A DNA stretch of 64,000 nucleotides from Candidatus Doudnabacteria bacterium (GTDB lineage: Bacteria; Patescibacteriota; Doudnabacteria; UBA920): contig JACRDK010000010.1 in assembly GCA_016218585.1 (NCBI GenBank), forward strand, positions 4,974 through 68,973. The letters run 5' to 3'. Positions 1 to 9,873 of this stretch are shown one piece after another. The notes below the pieces were generated by a model that was given only the letters and a program-made list of their open reading frames with translations, searched no databases and had not been told where the DNA came from. The position numbers and the translations under genes are program-made. Each line of letters opens with the position of its first letter. Within the stretch, counting starts at the first letter, position 1.

Positions 1-195
1 CGCTGTTTGTTTTTAGCTATAGGGCTACCAATGCAAAAAATAAATTTCGGCAGTTTATAATTTCTAAAATCGCCCCGCCGGGTTTATTGGTTATGCGCTG
101 TTGATTTAAAAATTATAAGCCAAATACCTTATTAAATTTAAGCTCTTCGTTTATAGTTTTTAAGCTTATACGTAAGAGCATAGAAAAGGAAAATA

Positions 196-792
196 ATGTC
201 AGACGAAATAAAAGTAAACCGCGTTGCAACTCAAAGCCCAAGCCCTGCCGCTGCTCCAGTTATGTCGGCTCCGGCCAAAACTTCCAAAATGCCATGGGTA
301 ATTTTAGCGGTAATAGTTGTGGTGTTGGTTGTTGTCGGTGTTTTGTTCAGGGATAAGTTAATGCCAAAATCTAAAACCGATGCGGCAACAATGAAAGCTT
401 CGGATTATGACGCGGTGTTCTTAACCAACGGACAAGTTTACTTTGGTAAAATGACCGACGCAGAAGGGGAGTATGCCACCTTAAAAGATATTTATTATCT
501 ACAGGTTGTGCAACAGCCGGGTTTGCAGGGAAGCGGACAGACTCCGGAACAACAGCAGCAGCAAACCCAGCCGCAAATTTCTCTAGTCAAGTTGGGAAAT
601 GAATTGCATGGCCCGGTAGATGAAATGAAAATTTCCCGCAACCAGATTCTATTTTTTGAAAGTATGAAAGAAGACAGCCAGGTAGTTCAGGCTATTAAAA
701 ACTACAAGGCTAACCCGCAAGGTTCTGCTGCACCAGCTGGCCAGCAGCAACAACAACAGGTTCAACAACAGCCTGTCGCGCCCACAAAATAG
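196..792 (+). CDS. Single-TM membrane protein with a conserved AVFLTNGQVYFG...LVKLGNELHGP domain (CPR-type hypothetical)
   Basis: 198-aa ORF, one hydrophobic helix, Q-rich linkers, AAGGA upstream. Confidence 0.8.
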   Translation: MSDEIKVNRVATQSPSPAAAPVMSAPAKTSKMPWVILAVIVVVLVVVGVLFRDKLMPKSKTDAATMKASDYDAVFLTNGQVYFGKMTDAEGEYATLKDIYYLQVVQQPGLQGSGQTPEQQQQQTQPQISLVKLGNELHGPVDEMKISRNQILFFESMKEDSQVVQAIKNYKANPQGSAAPAGQQQQQQVQQQPVAPTK

Positions 793-817
793 TCCAATCT
801 AAAATCAAAACAGGACA

Positions 818-853
818 AAAAAATCCTCTTCCAAATTTGGGAGAGGATTTTTT
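818..853 (+). terminator. Intrinsic terminator
   Basis: AAAAATCCTCTTCC-AAATTT-GGGAGAGGATTTTTT hairpin plus T-tract after the stop. Confidence 0.8.
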
Positions 854-1209
854 AACCTCCGGTTTTTTTAAGACAACAATTTATTAAATTTAGTTTTGAA
901 AAATAATTTTGGTTGAACCTGCGCTTTAAAATATTTTGTTTTTATTACCGCTGCGGTTTATCTTAATAAATAAATTAATAAAGATTAAATTAGTTTGAGC
1001 AATATTTTTTTGTTCAAAGAGAATAAATAAGGATCCTTAAAAGAGGGGGAAAGAAAGTTTTTAATTTTATACTTTCAGCAGCAAAAAACACTTTTTTATT
1101 TAAAAAATTCCTACTGAATTTTACTTCAATTTGGCTTGTAAAATTATGTAATTTATGATATACTAAATATATAAAGTTTTACCAGTTAGAAACAAAAAGA
1201 CAAGGTGAT

Positions 1210-4200
1210 ATGAATAAGAATCTACTAATTGCAGTTGCACTGTTTATTTTAGGTTTAACCCTAATTAGCTATCAAACCCAGACAACTCTTACGTATATAG
1301 ACGTAAATACTATCCAGTTTCCAATAGGGCACGGGGATGTTTTGGGCGCAACAACTTTTACCGATTCTTTTACGGGAAACAATGGAACATCGCTATCTTC
1401 TCATGACTCAAATTGGGTTTCTCCCGATCCAGCATATTTAGTTTCCGGGCTTGAACTAAACAACAATCAAGTAAGAACAACAGCTGATTGGGCGATAACC
1501 GGGGCGATGTATAATAGTTCTAACTCAGACACATCGCAAATTGTTATAAAAAACACAGTTTTAAAGAGTCGTTATGTTTGTGCCAGAATGGGCCTGGGTT
1601 CCGGTAAAAAGACCGGCTATTGCGCAAATTTTGCCTCTATAAGCGGAAGCAATTGGACCAGCGTCTCAATAAGCAAAAATAAAAATTGGCTTACTTCCTT
1701 TTCTTTTAGCACCCCGCAAACAAGCGATCATACTTTAAAAATTGTTGTCTCCGGTACGTCCAGTGCTGCAATTTCAGTTTACTCTGATGAAACATTGGTT
1801 GGTTCTTTCACGGACAGCTCTTCACCTTTGGGGGCAGGCGGCCATCCTGGTTTTATTGTTGAGGGTGGGGGAGTTCAAGCTGATACTCTTTTTGACGACT
1901 GGTCCGATGGCGCTGGTGGAACAACTGCCTCTGATGCAACGGCTCCGATAATAAGCGGCATTGCTTCTTCTGCCATCACATCTTCCAGCGCAACGATTAC
2001 GTGGATTACAGATGAAAGCTCTGATACTCAAGTAGACTTTGATACGACTCTTAATTATGGACAGTCGACCACTTTAAATAGTTCTCAAACCACAACTCAT
2101 ACAGTTACTTTGTCTTCGCTGCTTGCGGGCACTTATTATCATTTCCGCGTAAAGAGCCGAGACCTATCTGGCAACCTGGCTATTTCTTCAGATAATACTT
2201 TTACCACCGCTTCGGCTTCAGGCTCTGGTGATACCACAGCGCCAACAGCCCCGGCTAATTTATCCAGTTCCGCAGTCACCGGCACTTCGGCTACTTTGTC
2301 ATGGTCTGTGGCTACGGACAATGTTGGGGTAAGCGGTTATAAAGTTTACCGAAACAACTTAATTATTGGAACTACAGCTTCTAATTCTTTTTCAGATTTA
2401 GGGCTATCTCTGGGGATAAGTTATGTCTATAAAGTTGCCGCTTTTGACGCAGCCGGAAATACTTCGGCTTTTTCAAATTCTCTTACAGTGACTACTTCGG
2501 GAACTTCAGTGCAAAATCCTTCGGACTCAATTGCTCCAACAGTGCCGAAACATTTATATGGTTTTAGAACTTCTGTTTCTGATGCGACAATAATTTGGGA
2601 CAGCTCTACTGACAACGTGGCAGTAACCTCGTACAACATTTACAGGTTTGGAATTAAAATTGGTTCGTCACTCACAACAAAATATGTAGACAGCGGTCTG
2701 GTTATGGGAGCCGGTTATGCTTATAGTGTTACCGCAGTGGACGCTGCCGGAAATGAATCAGCCCAAGCAGCGGCAGTAAATGTGGTTATGCCTTTTATGT
2801 CGTCAGCCCCAGGAGACGGAACTTGTTCTCCCGCAGGTTCAATAAGCGCGGCAGCTCAACAAAATCTGGATGCAATAAAACAAAACTTACCAGGCATCTT
2901 AGCCGACGCGGATAATTATGATAACTTAATTGCGCCATACAGAAATTCAGGTAACGGCTATATTAAGGACTCGGCTAATATGGTTGACTTAAGCGTTTAC
3001 TTACTAAGAACTTTACCGGTAGCAATTAATTGCAGCCCGGAAGATTTTGCTTACAATTTTACCTTGGCAAAAATTCAAGCTATCCAAGCCGCCTTGCCGT
3101 ATTTTTATGGCAAGGCTCAGGCAGGGCAGGATGCTTATGCCGGAATGAAAAAAGGAGTGGTCGCTATAAAGTCTGACATTGACGGACAAATTGATTATTA
3201 CTATTTTGCTTTGCCGACAAATTATAACCCGGCAACAAAATATCGTTTGCAGGTAATTTTACACTTTGCGGGAAGCTGCGCTTGGGAAGCGGCGGGCATA
3301 GGTTCGTTTAAACCTGTGAGCGCAGATTTAGCAGTTGGCGTTCCAAGCAGCGCTTCCGCTTTGGCCAGTACTATTACCGACACAGTTTACATTGTTCCTT
3401 GCGGCAGAGGCGCAACAACATCCTATACTTTAATGGCGCAAAAAACTATTCTGGATGAAATTGCTGATGCAATGTCCCGTTTTTCCATTGATCAAAATAA
3501 AATTACCGCAAATGGCGCCAGCATGGGCGGAACCGGCAGCGTAAATATGTCTACCCATATGCCGGATTTATTTGCAGGCATTGGAGCCCTTACTGCCAAT
3601 GCGGATTTTAAATTGCCGACGGGCGACTATCGTTATGACGGCTGGACTTTAGGCCAAAATGTTGGAAGCGTAAATTACATTATGTGGAATACGCCGGGGG
3701 ATACATCTAACTATGACGATGTAAATAATTTTGCCGCGAATTTGCAAACTTTAGCCAACGCCCACCCAGGCTATTATAAATATCAAAAATATACCGACCC
3801 TGCCGGCAGTCATGGAATTATCGATCCGAATCTTATAGCCCAAGGAGAAGCGTCCTTAAACCAAAGCGTCAAAAATCCTTATCCTGCCCGCGTCTCTTTT
3901 ATGACCGGCACCGAACAGTATGACGGCGCTTATTGGGTTCACGGCATAACCAGGAGCGATGTAAAACTTCCTGGCAGCATTGAGGCGGAAGTCTCCGGCT
4001 CAACAGTAAATGTCACAACGACAAATTTAAAGACTTTTAATTTTGACCTCAGTTCAGCAAACCCGTTATTTAGCGGAAAGTCCTCGGTGTCGGTAAATAT
4101 AAACGGCAAGGTGGTAACCGCTTCCACCGGCGGCACGGCTTACTTTACTGTTGCTTCCGGCTCTTGGGCATATGCCAGCGGGCCTGACTCCGGTTTGTAT

Positions 4201-7200
4201 AAGAAAAAAGGCGTGGCCGGTCCAATTGCGGATGTCTTTATGGATAAGCCGGTGTTGATGGTTTACGGCACCAAACAAGGCAACAACGCCACTAAAGGAA
4301 GAGTGTTAGTTGACCAGTTGGCTCAGGTTTATTTTGGCACTTCAATTTCCGGCGATAGTTTTATGCACTACGGCAAATTTGAAATGAAGGCCGATACCGA
4401 AGTTACCCAAAGCGATATTCAAACTAAAAATTTGGTTTTGTTTGGCGACTCCAGCCAAAATTCAATTGTCTCTAATATTGCCGGCAGCTTGCCGTTCCAA
4501 TTTTCAAGCAGCGGCGTTCAAATTAACGGACAAAATTATACCGGGGCAAAACTCGGCTGGTCTATTGTTTACCCAAATCCTTTGAACAATTCCCGCTATG
4601 TCCTGCTGGTTTCAGAAAATTATAATATGGGCCTGACCGGATTTATAAATGCGTATGTTTTGCAAAATGATTATGTAGTAGCTCAAGGGTTGGATTCGGG
4701 GCCAAACAGCAGAAAAGTTTTAGCGCAAGGTCTTTTTGACAGCCAATGGAAAACAGGCGGTGGTTCTACTGCCCCTGTTTCTAATGCGCCGGTAATAAAC
4801 TCTTTTACTTCCTCGGCCTCAAATGTTTCTTCCGGACAAGCCGTGACGCTTAACTGGTCGCTATCCGGCGGCGGCGCTACCGCAGTCAGCATCGACCAGG
4901 GGGTAGGGAGCGTGTTGTCATTAACTTCAAAGATTGTGAGTCCTTCAGCAAATGTAACTTATACTTTAACCGCTACAAACAGTTTTGGCAGCGTGTCTAA
5001 GCAGGTCACTGTTACTGTTGGGCAACAACAGACATCAGTGGGAGCACACCCAAGAGTTTTAGTTACTCCAAGCTTTATATCCGCAAAGAAAGCTAATTTA
5101 AGCAGCGTAGCTGACTGGCCTGCTTTAAAAGCCAAAGCGGACAAATTTGTTGCAATGGCGGTATTGCCGTACGATACAACATCTACAGCCGGAATAACTT
5201 CCGGTTATAGAGGTGAAAATTATTATGATGTTTTAACTACGCTTGCGCTGGCTTATCAGTTAAGCGGTAACACCGCCTATGCCGATAAGGGGGTAGAAAT
5301 AATGCAGGTTATGGATAATGCCGGGCTCTGTATTATTTTAAGTGAAAGCAAGGACGCAACTTTGTTTAAGAGTTTAAATTGTACTTCCGGCAAAGGTGAT
5401 TCGAGCAACGGTTACCCAATTCGCAATTATGGCGCTGGAATGGCATTGGGTTATGACTGGCTTTATGATCGGTTAAGCGCTGCGCAAAAAACCGCATTTT
5501 ACACCCAGATCAATGAATGGTTAGATTGGTATGCGGTAAATGGTTTTGAAGTTGAGGCGACCCCAACGGCCGGTAATTTTTTTGGCGGATATTTGGAAGC
5601 CTTGGCGTTAGGCGGTTTTGCTACAGAAGGAGAAAATCCAAAGGCGGCTGGTTATATTGCCAAAGCCAGGAGTTTAATTACCAGTACGGTTTATACCCAA
5701 TTCTCGCCAAATGGCTGGTTTTATGGCGGCAATGAACCGGAAGGTTTTGCTTATGGCAGCGACCACTTTATTAGACTGCTTAATTCGATTATGGTTTTTA
5801 AAACCGCTCAGAATGAAGATTTGTTTGGCGGCAAAAATATTCCGGAGCAAATGGCTAAGTTCCTGCTTCATGCCACTAAGCCAAATCTTTGGCAAATGAT
5901 AGACACCGGCGAGTGGGGAGGAACAGTTGGCGGAAACTTGTCTTTGGGTTTACCAATGTATTTGTCTCAGCTTTTAGCCGGAACAAACTTAGGCGCGGAA
6001 ATGCAGTATTTTTTGCAAATCACTTATCAGCCAGCTCCCGCCGGACTTTACTCAACCCTTTATGACGCCACGCCGGTAGAAAAAATTCTGCACCGCGACA
6101 CCGCCAGAACAGCGGTTGATTATCGCCTCCAGGAACCGCTTTACTACGAAGCAGAAGGCACTAAACAATTCTTTACCCGTTCCGCTTGGAGCAACGATGC
6201 TATTTGGGCGTCCTTCCACGGCGGCGCAAAAGTTTACTCTGTTGGGCATGAAAATAAAGACAACGGCACCTTTACCATTCAGCGCGGTAATGACTATTTG
6301 GTGGTAGACGGCAGCCAATATCGCCAGCCGGATGGCTGGTCAGGCTATGCTGTAACCGGCTATCAATCGTGCAATGAAAATACTTTGTTCTTTAATGACT
6401 TTGGCGATTACATTCCGGCCACGGCTGCTAATTGCGGCGGACAAACCGGAACTTCGGACGATGTGCCGACTACTTTTGAAAATACCGATAAATATTTTTA
6501 TTCGAAAATAGATCTTACCGGAGCCTATGACATTGCCGGATACTTTAAGGATCCGAATAAAAAAACCATGCTTCACTATGAAAGAAGCTTCCTACAGCTG
6601 CGCCCGGATATGTTTTTGGTTTTTGATTTAGTAAGCAGTAAAAAACCTAATTACGAAAAGAAATTCCGTTTGCATTTTGGCAACGAACCGCAAATTAACG
6701 GCGATACAATTACAGCCAGCAGCGGCGGTTCTAAAGTTTTTGTAAAAAGCTTGTTGCCGCAAACCCCAACAATTACCAAGAGAGGGGTAACTATTGACCG
6801 TTCTGGAATTCCTACCTTAACAACCTGGGAAACCGATTCTTACAACCCGGTTGCCGTAACAGACGACGCGTTGCTTAATGTAATTTATGTTGCTCCAAGC
6901 AGCGTTTCTACTATGGTGCCAACCAGTAAAGTTGCGGTGCAGAGCGGAAATATGCAAGGCGCGCAAATTCAAAACCAGGGCAATTATGTAGTGTTATTTA
7001 ATTCAAATATGACTGCGGCCCCGGTGCAAAGCGCTAGTTATCAAGTAAGTTCATTAACCGGCCAGGTGACTCATTATTTATTAGGCATGCAGGCCAATGC
7101 TTCCTTTAAAATAAAGAAAGATGGCGTTGACTTAGGCAACATCACATCTTCAGCAAACGGAGTTTTACAATTTACATCCAGCGGCTCCGGTTCCTTTACC

Positions 7201-8295
7201 GTGCAATCGCTTACTAATGCTCCGGTTGATGTAACTGCGCCGGTAATTTCCTCAGTCAGCACTTCTAACATTACATCTTCCGCGGTTACGGTAAATTGGG
7301 TTACAGATGAGTTGGCCGACGGGCAATTGGAATATGGTTTAACTACCAGCTACGGCACCAGCACCCAGGTGTTCCCAACTATGTATATTAGCCACTACAT
7401 TAACCTGCCCGGCCTGGCGCCAAGCACCACTTACCATTTCCGAATAAAGAGCAAAGACGCAGCAGGGAATTTGGGAGTTTCGGCTGATGGCACCTTTACC
7501 ACTGCGGTGTACGTTGCGCCGCTTACGCCGGATGTTACCGCGCCTTTGGTTGCCATTACTACCCCAACAAATAATTCTACTGTGTCCGGTACGGTGGCTA
7601 TTTCCGTTACCGCCAGCGACCCGGCAATTAACGGAGCTACAAATTCCGGCTTGGAGGTTCTTACTCTAATTATAGACGGCGCGCAGGTAAGCAGTACAAC
7701 GGCCGGCAGCTTGGGCTACCAATTAAACACTCAAACCTTAACAAACGGTGCGCATACTATTTCCGCCACGGCTAAAGACAAGGCCGGCAATACGGCAAAT
7801 TCCGCGGTTGTAAATATAACGGTTAACAATGGGCAGCTTCCGGTGGGAGGAGTTACAAGAATTATTCACTTAACTCCGGAAGGAAAGACTGTAAATAAAA
7901 GCGTGAGCGGGACTTTGGTATTTATTTCCGCGCTAACCAAAATTGTTATTGCCGGAACAAGCATTAACTTTAGCACTAACAGCAATGGCGATTACACCCT
8001 TACAGTCCCAACCGGCCTGCCGGCCGGAGCGGGTTTGCGGGTAACGGTAAATGGATATTTGCCGCAAATCTTTACCGGCGGAGATTTAACCAGCACCGCA
8101 ACCCAAACTTTTACTTTCCCAACTTTGCCGGCAGGAGACTTTAACAACGACGGGGCCATTAACACTTTGGATTTTTCCCAAATGAATTCGCATTGGAACC
8201 AGAATTATTCCTCAGCAGATATAAACGGGGATATGCTAATTAACACTTTTGACTTCTCAGTCTTAAAAAATAACTGGGGTAAAGTCGGTCAATAA
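1210..8295 (+). CDS. Giant secreted multidomain protein: FN3 repeats, alpha/beta-hydrolase (esterase-like), heparinase II/III or alginate-lyase-like module, Ig-like domain, C-terminal dockerin-like EF-hand pair
   Basis: N-terminal signal/TM; FN3 motifs (DTTAPTAP...YKVAAFDAAGN); GASMGG nucleophile elbow; HPRVL...YDWLYD...EGFAYG...GHENKDNGTF lyase-like signature; GDFNNDGAINTLDFS and ADINGDMLINTFDFS. Confidence 0.8.
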   Translation: MNKNLLIAVALFILGLTLISYQTQTTLTYIDVNTIQFPIGHGDVLGATTFTDSFTGNNGTSLSSHDSNWVSPDPAYLVSGLELNNNQVRTTADWAITGAMYNSSNSDTSQIVIKNTVLKSRYVCARMGLGSGKKTGYCANFASISGSNWTSVSISKNKNWLTSFSFSTPQTSDHTLKIVVSGTSSAAISVYSDETLVGSFTDSSSPLGAGGHPGFIVEGGGVQADTLFDDWSDGAGGTTASDATAPIISGIASSAITSSSATITWITDESSDTQVDFDTTLNYGQSTTLNSSQTTTHTVTLSSLLAGTYYHFRVKSRDLSGNLAISSDNTFTTASASGSGDTTAPTAPANLSSSAVTGTSATLSWSVATDNVGVSGYKVYRNNLIIGTTASNSFSDLGLSLGISYVYKVAAFDAAGNTSAFSNSLTVTTSGTSVQNPSDSIAPTVPKHLYGFRTSVSDATIIWDSSTDNVAVTSYNIYRFGIKIGSSLTTKYVDSGLVMGAGYAYSVTAVDAAGNESAQAAAVNVVMPFMSSAPGDGTCSPAGSISAAAQQNLDAIKQNLPGILADADNYDNLIAPYRNSGNGYIKDSANMVDLSVYLLRTLPVAINCSPEDFAYNFTLAKIQAIQAALPYFYGKAQAGQDAYAGMKKGVVAIKSDIDGQIDYYYFALPTNYNPATKYRLQVILHFAGSCAWEAAGIGSFKPVSADLAVGVPSSASALASTITDTVYIVPCGRGATTSYTLMAQKTILDEIADAMSRFSIDQNKITANGASMGGTGSVNMSTHMPDLFAGIGALTANADFKLPTGDYRYDGWTLGQNVGSVNYIMWNTPGDTSNYDDVNNFAANLQTLANAHPGYYKYQKYTDPAGSHGIIDPNLIAQGEASLNQSVKNPYPARVSFMTGTEQYDGAYWVHGITRSDVKLPGSIEAEVSGSTVNVTTTNLKTFNFDLSSANPLFSGKSSVSVNINGKVVTASTGGTAYFTVASGSWAYASGPDSGLYKKKGVAGPIADVFMDKPVLMVYGTKQGNNATKGRVLVDQLAQVYFGTSISGDSFMHYGKFEMKADTEVTQSDIQTKNLVLFGDSSQNSIVSNIAGSLPFQFSSSGVQINGQNYTGAKLGWSIVYPNPLNNSRYVLLVSENYNMGLTGFINAYVLQNDYVVAQGLDSGPNSRKVLAQGLFDSQWKTGGGSTAPVSNAPVINSFTSSASNVSSGQAVTLNWSLSGGGATAVSIDQGVGSVLSLTSKIVSPSANVTYTLTATNSFGSVSKQVTVTVGQQQTSVGAHPRVLVTPSFISAKKANLSSVADWPALKAKADKFVAMAVLPYDTTSTAGITSGYRGENYYDVLTTLALAYQLSGNTAYADKGVEIMQVMDNAGLCIILSESKDATLFKSLNCTSGKGDSSNGYPIRNYGAGMALGYDWLYDRLSAAQKTAFYTQINEWLDWYAVNGFEVEATPTAGNFFGGYLEALALGGFATEGENPKAAGYIAKARSLITSTVYTQFSPNGWFYGGNEPEGFAYGSDHFIRLLNSIMVFKTAQNEDLFGGKNIPEQMAKFLLHATKPNLWQMIDTGEWGGTVGGNLSLGLPMYLSQLLAGTNLGAEMQYFLQITYQPAPAGLYSTLYDATPVEKILHRDTARTAVDYRLQEPLYYEAEGTKQFFTRSAWSNDAIWASFHGGAKVYSVGHENKDNGTFTIQRGNDYLVVDGSQYRQPDGWSGYAVTGYQSCNENTLFFNDFGDYIPATAANCGGQTGTSDDVPTTFENTDKYFYSKIDLTGAYDIAGYFKDPNKKTMLHYERSFLQLRPDMFLVFDLVSSKKPNYEKKFRLHFGNEPQINGDTITASSGGSKVFVKSLLPQTPTITKRGVTIDRSGIPTLTTWETDSYNPVAVTDDALLNVIYVAPSSVSTMVPTSKVAVQSGNMQGAQIQNQGNYVVLFNSNMTAAPVQSASYQVSSLTGQVTHYLLGMQANASFKIKKDGVDLGNITSSANGVLQFTSSGSGSFTVQSLTNAPVDVTAPVISSVSTSNITSSAVTVNWVTDELADGQLEYGLTTSYGTSTQVFPTMYISHYINLPGLAPSTTYHFRIKSKDAAGNLGVSADGTFTTAVYVAPLTPDVTAPLVAITTPTNNSTVSGTVAISVTASDPAINGATNSGLEVLTLIIDGAQVSSTTAGSLGYQLNTQTLTNGAHTISATAKDKAGNTANSAVVNITVNNGQLPVGGVTRIIHLTPEGKTVNKSVSGTLVFISALTKIVIAGTSINFSTNSNGDYTLTVPTGLPAGAGLRVTVNGYLPQIFTGGDLTSTATQTFTFPTLPAGDFNNDGAINTLDFSQMNSHWNQNYSSADINGDMLINTFDFSVLKNNWGKVGQ

Positions 8296-8303
8296 ATAAA
8301 ATA

Positions 8304-8336
8304 AAAAAACCTCTCCCAAAATGGGAGAGGTTTTTT
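8304..8336. terminator. Bidirectional intrinsic terminator, near-copy of 818-853
   Basis: AAAAAACCTCTCCC-AAAAT-GGGAGAGGTTTTTT between convergent genes. Confidence 0.85.
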
Positions 8337-8451
8337 AAAATTGAAACTATTCGCGACGTAGAGCGAGAGAAAGTAAAAAGTTTACTTTTTTCTTTCCGAG
8401 CCGAGGAGCTAATACAGGTTTAATACCCTGTCAGTTCTGCTGAGGGAACCT

Positions 8452-8796
8452 TTATTTAAAGCTTTGGGCCAATTTGTCAAAAACTTCCGGATGTCTTACC
8501 GCTAATTCAGAAAGCATTTTGCGGTTAATCTGTACGTTCTGTTTTTTTAACATACCGGCAAACTTGCTCCAGGTTAAACCGTTTTCACGCAAGGCAGCGT
8601 TGGTTCTAATTAGCCACAGGGCGCGGAAATCGCGCTTGCGGTTGCGGCGGTCGCGGTAAGCGTAAGAGTCCGCTTTAAGCAACGCCTGTCTGGCGGAGAC
8701 AAAGTTAGTGGAGCGGCGGTTATCAAAACCTTTGGCTCTTTTTAATACATTCTTTCTTCTTTTGCTGGCGGCTACGCCGCGTTTTATTCTGGCCAT
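8452..8796 (-). CDS. rplT: 50S ribosomal protein L20
   Basis: MARIKRG...YAYRDRRNRKRDFRALW...NRKMLSELA. Confidence 0.98.
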   Translation of the reverse strand: MARIKRGVAASKRRKNVLKRAKGFDNRRSTNFVSARQALLKADSYAYRDRRNRKRDFRALWLIRTNAALRENGLTWSKFAGMLKKQNVQINRKMLSELAVRHPEVFDKLAQSFK

Positions 8797-8803
8797 AAAA
8801 TCT

Positions 8804-8903
8804 TTACTAAATACTAATTATTACTAATATACTAATAAACAAAACTGAAAAATAATTTTTATCAATACGAATTGGTATATTGGTACAAATTCGTATTTGG
8901 TAA
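8804..8903. repeat. Imperfect inverted-repeat element built from TACTAAT units (copy 1 of 3)
   Basis: Left arm TTACTAAATACTAATTATTACTAATATACTAAT; right-arm reverse complement TTACCAAATACGAATTTGTACCAATATACCAAT. Confidence 0.85.
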
Positions 8904-8908
8904 AAGTT

Positions 8909-9103
8909 TTATTTGTAAGGGATTACTTGTTTTAACTTCTGGTGAACTCTTCCCAAGGAAAGGTCGCGGCGTTTGTTGGTGCCGGTCTTGCCGGATTCGC
9001 GGGAGTTGTAATGGTCCTGCCCGGTGGCTCTGGCCATTAATTTTCCGGATTTGGTCTTTCTAATTCTCTTGGAAGTTCCTTTGTGAGTTTTGACTTTAGG
9101 CAT
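8909..9103 (-). CDS. rpmI: 50S ribosomal protein L35
   Basis: MPKVKTHKGTSKR...PY; lies between infC and rplT. Confidence 0.95.
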   Translation of the reverse strand: MPKVKTHKGTSKRIRKTKSGKLMARATGQDHYNSRESGKTGTNKRRDLSLGRVHQKLKQVIPYK

Positions 9104-9107
9104 AATG

Positions 9108-9191
9108 CGATCCTAATCTACGAATAACATCCGAATGTTCCGAATGGGCCCAATTCGGGGCATTCGGATTTAATTCGTTGTATTCGAATCG
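9108..9191. repeat. Inverted-repeat element built from TCCGAAT/ACGAAT units
   Basis: CGATCCTAATCTACGAATAACATCCGAATGTTCCGAAT ... ATTCGGGGCATTCGGATTTAATTCGTTGTATTCGAATCG. Confidence 0.8.
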
Positions 9192-9197
9192 GTTTAA

Positions 9198-9707
9198 TTA
9201 TTTTGTGGGTGCTATTGTTAATGACCAGGTGCCGCCCATTCTTTTAATCGGCACTTCAATGCGGTAAGGGCTGGTAATATAAGTTAAAAAGTTTTGCAGT
9301 TGTTTATGGCCTAAATCCCCATGAGCCTGTTCGCGTCCGCGCATGCGCAGTTCAATGCGGACCAGGTCGCCATCGGTTAAGAATTCGCTAACCTTATTGG
9401 CCTTAATTTGCATATCGTGTTCGCTAATGCGGACACTCAGCCAAATAGTCTTTACTTCAGTCTTTTTGGCCTTCTTTTTCTGCAATTGCTCGATTTTCTT
9501 TTGCTGGTATTTAAACTTAGCAAAGTCAATGAGCTTAGCCACCGGCGGATTGGCCAGAGGGGAGACCTCTACCAAATCCAAGCCGTGTTCAAGAGCAAGA
9601 GCCAGCGCTTCCGAGGTCTTCATAACCCCTACCTGCTGCCCCTCTTCATTAACGACTCTTAAAGTCGGCGATTTAATTTGGTGATTTATCCTTGTTTTTA
9701 GCAAAAT
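9198..9707 (-). CDS. infC: Translation initiation factor IF-3, probable AUU start at 9707
   Basis: RINHQI...LDLVEVSP...PPVAKLIDFAKFKY; in-frame ATT directly before the TTG called by the track. Confidence 0.95.
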   Translation of the reverse strand: MLLKTRINHQIKSPTLRVVNEEGQQVGVMKTSEALALALEHGLDLVEVSPLANPPVAKLIDFAKFKYQQKKIEQLQKKKAKKTEVKTIWLSVRISEHDMQIKANKVSEFLTDGDLVRIELRMRGREQAHGDLGHKQLQNFLTYITSPYRIEVPIKRMGGTWSLTIAPTK

Positions 9708-9730
9708 TTTGTTCGTTTAAACTGATTAAT

Positions 9731-9759
9731 ATTCTAGCTTAATTGGGCTATTTTGTCAA
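9731..9759 (-). promoter_or_regulatory. sigma70 promoter of infC-rpmI-rplT
   Basis: TTGACA-N17-TAGAAT on the minus strand. Confidence 0.7.
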
Positions 9760-9770
9760 TAACTCATAAT

Positions 9771-9862
9771 GATACCAATATACTGATTTATACAGATGAT
9801 ACTGATAATGCCCCCATCAGTATTATCGGTTTCATCTGTATTCAGATCTGTATATCAGTATC
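9771..9862. repeat. Inverted-repeat element built from TACTGAT/TACAGAT units
   Basis: GATACCAATATACTGATTTATACAGATGATACTGAT ... ATCAGTATTATCGG...ATCTGTATATCAGTATC. Confidence 0.8.
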
Positions 9863-9873
9863 AAATACGAGTA

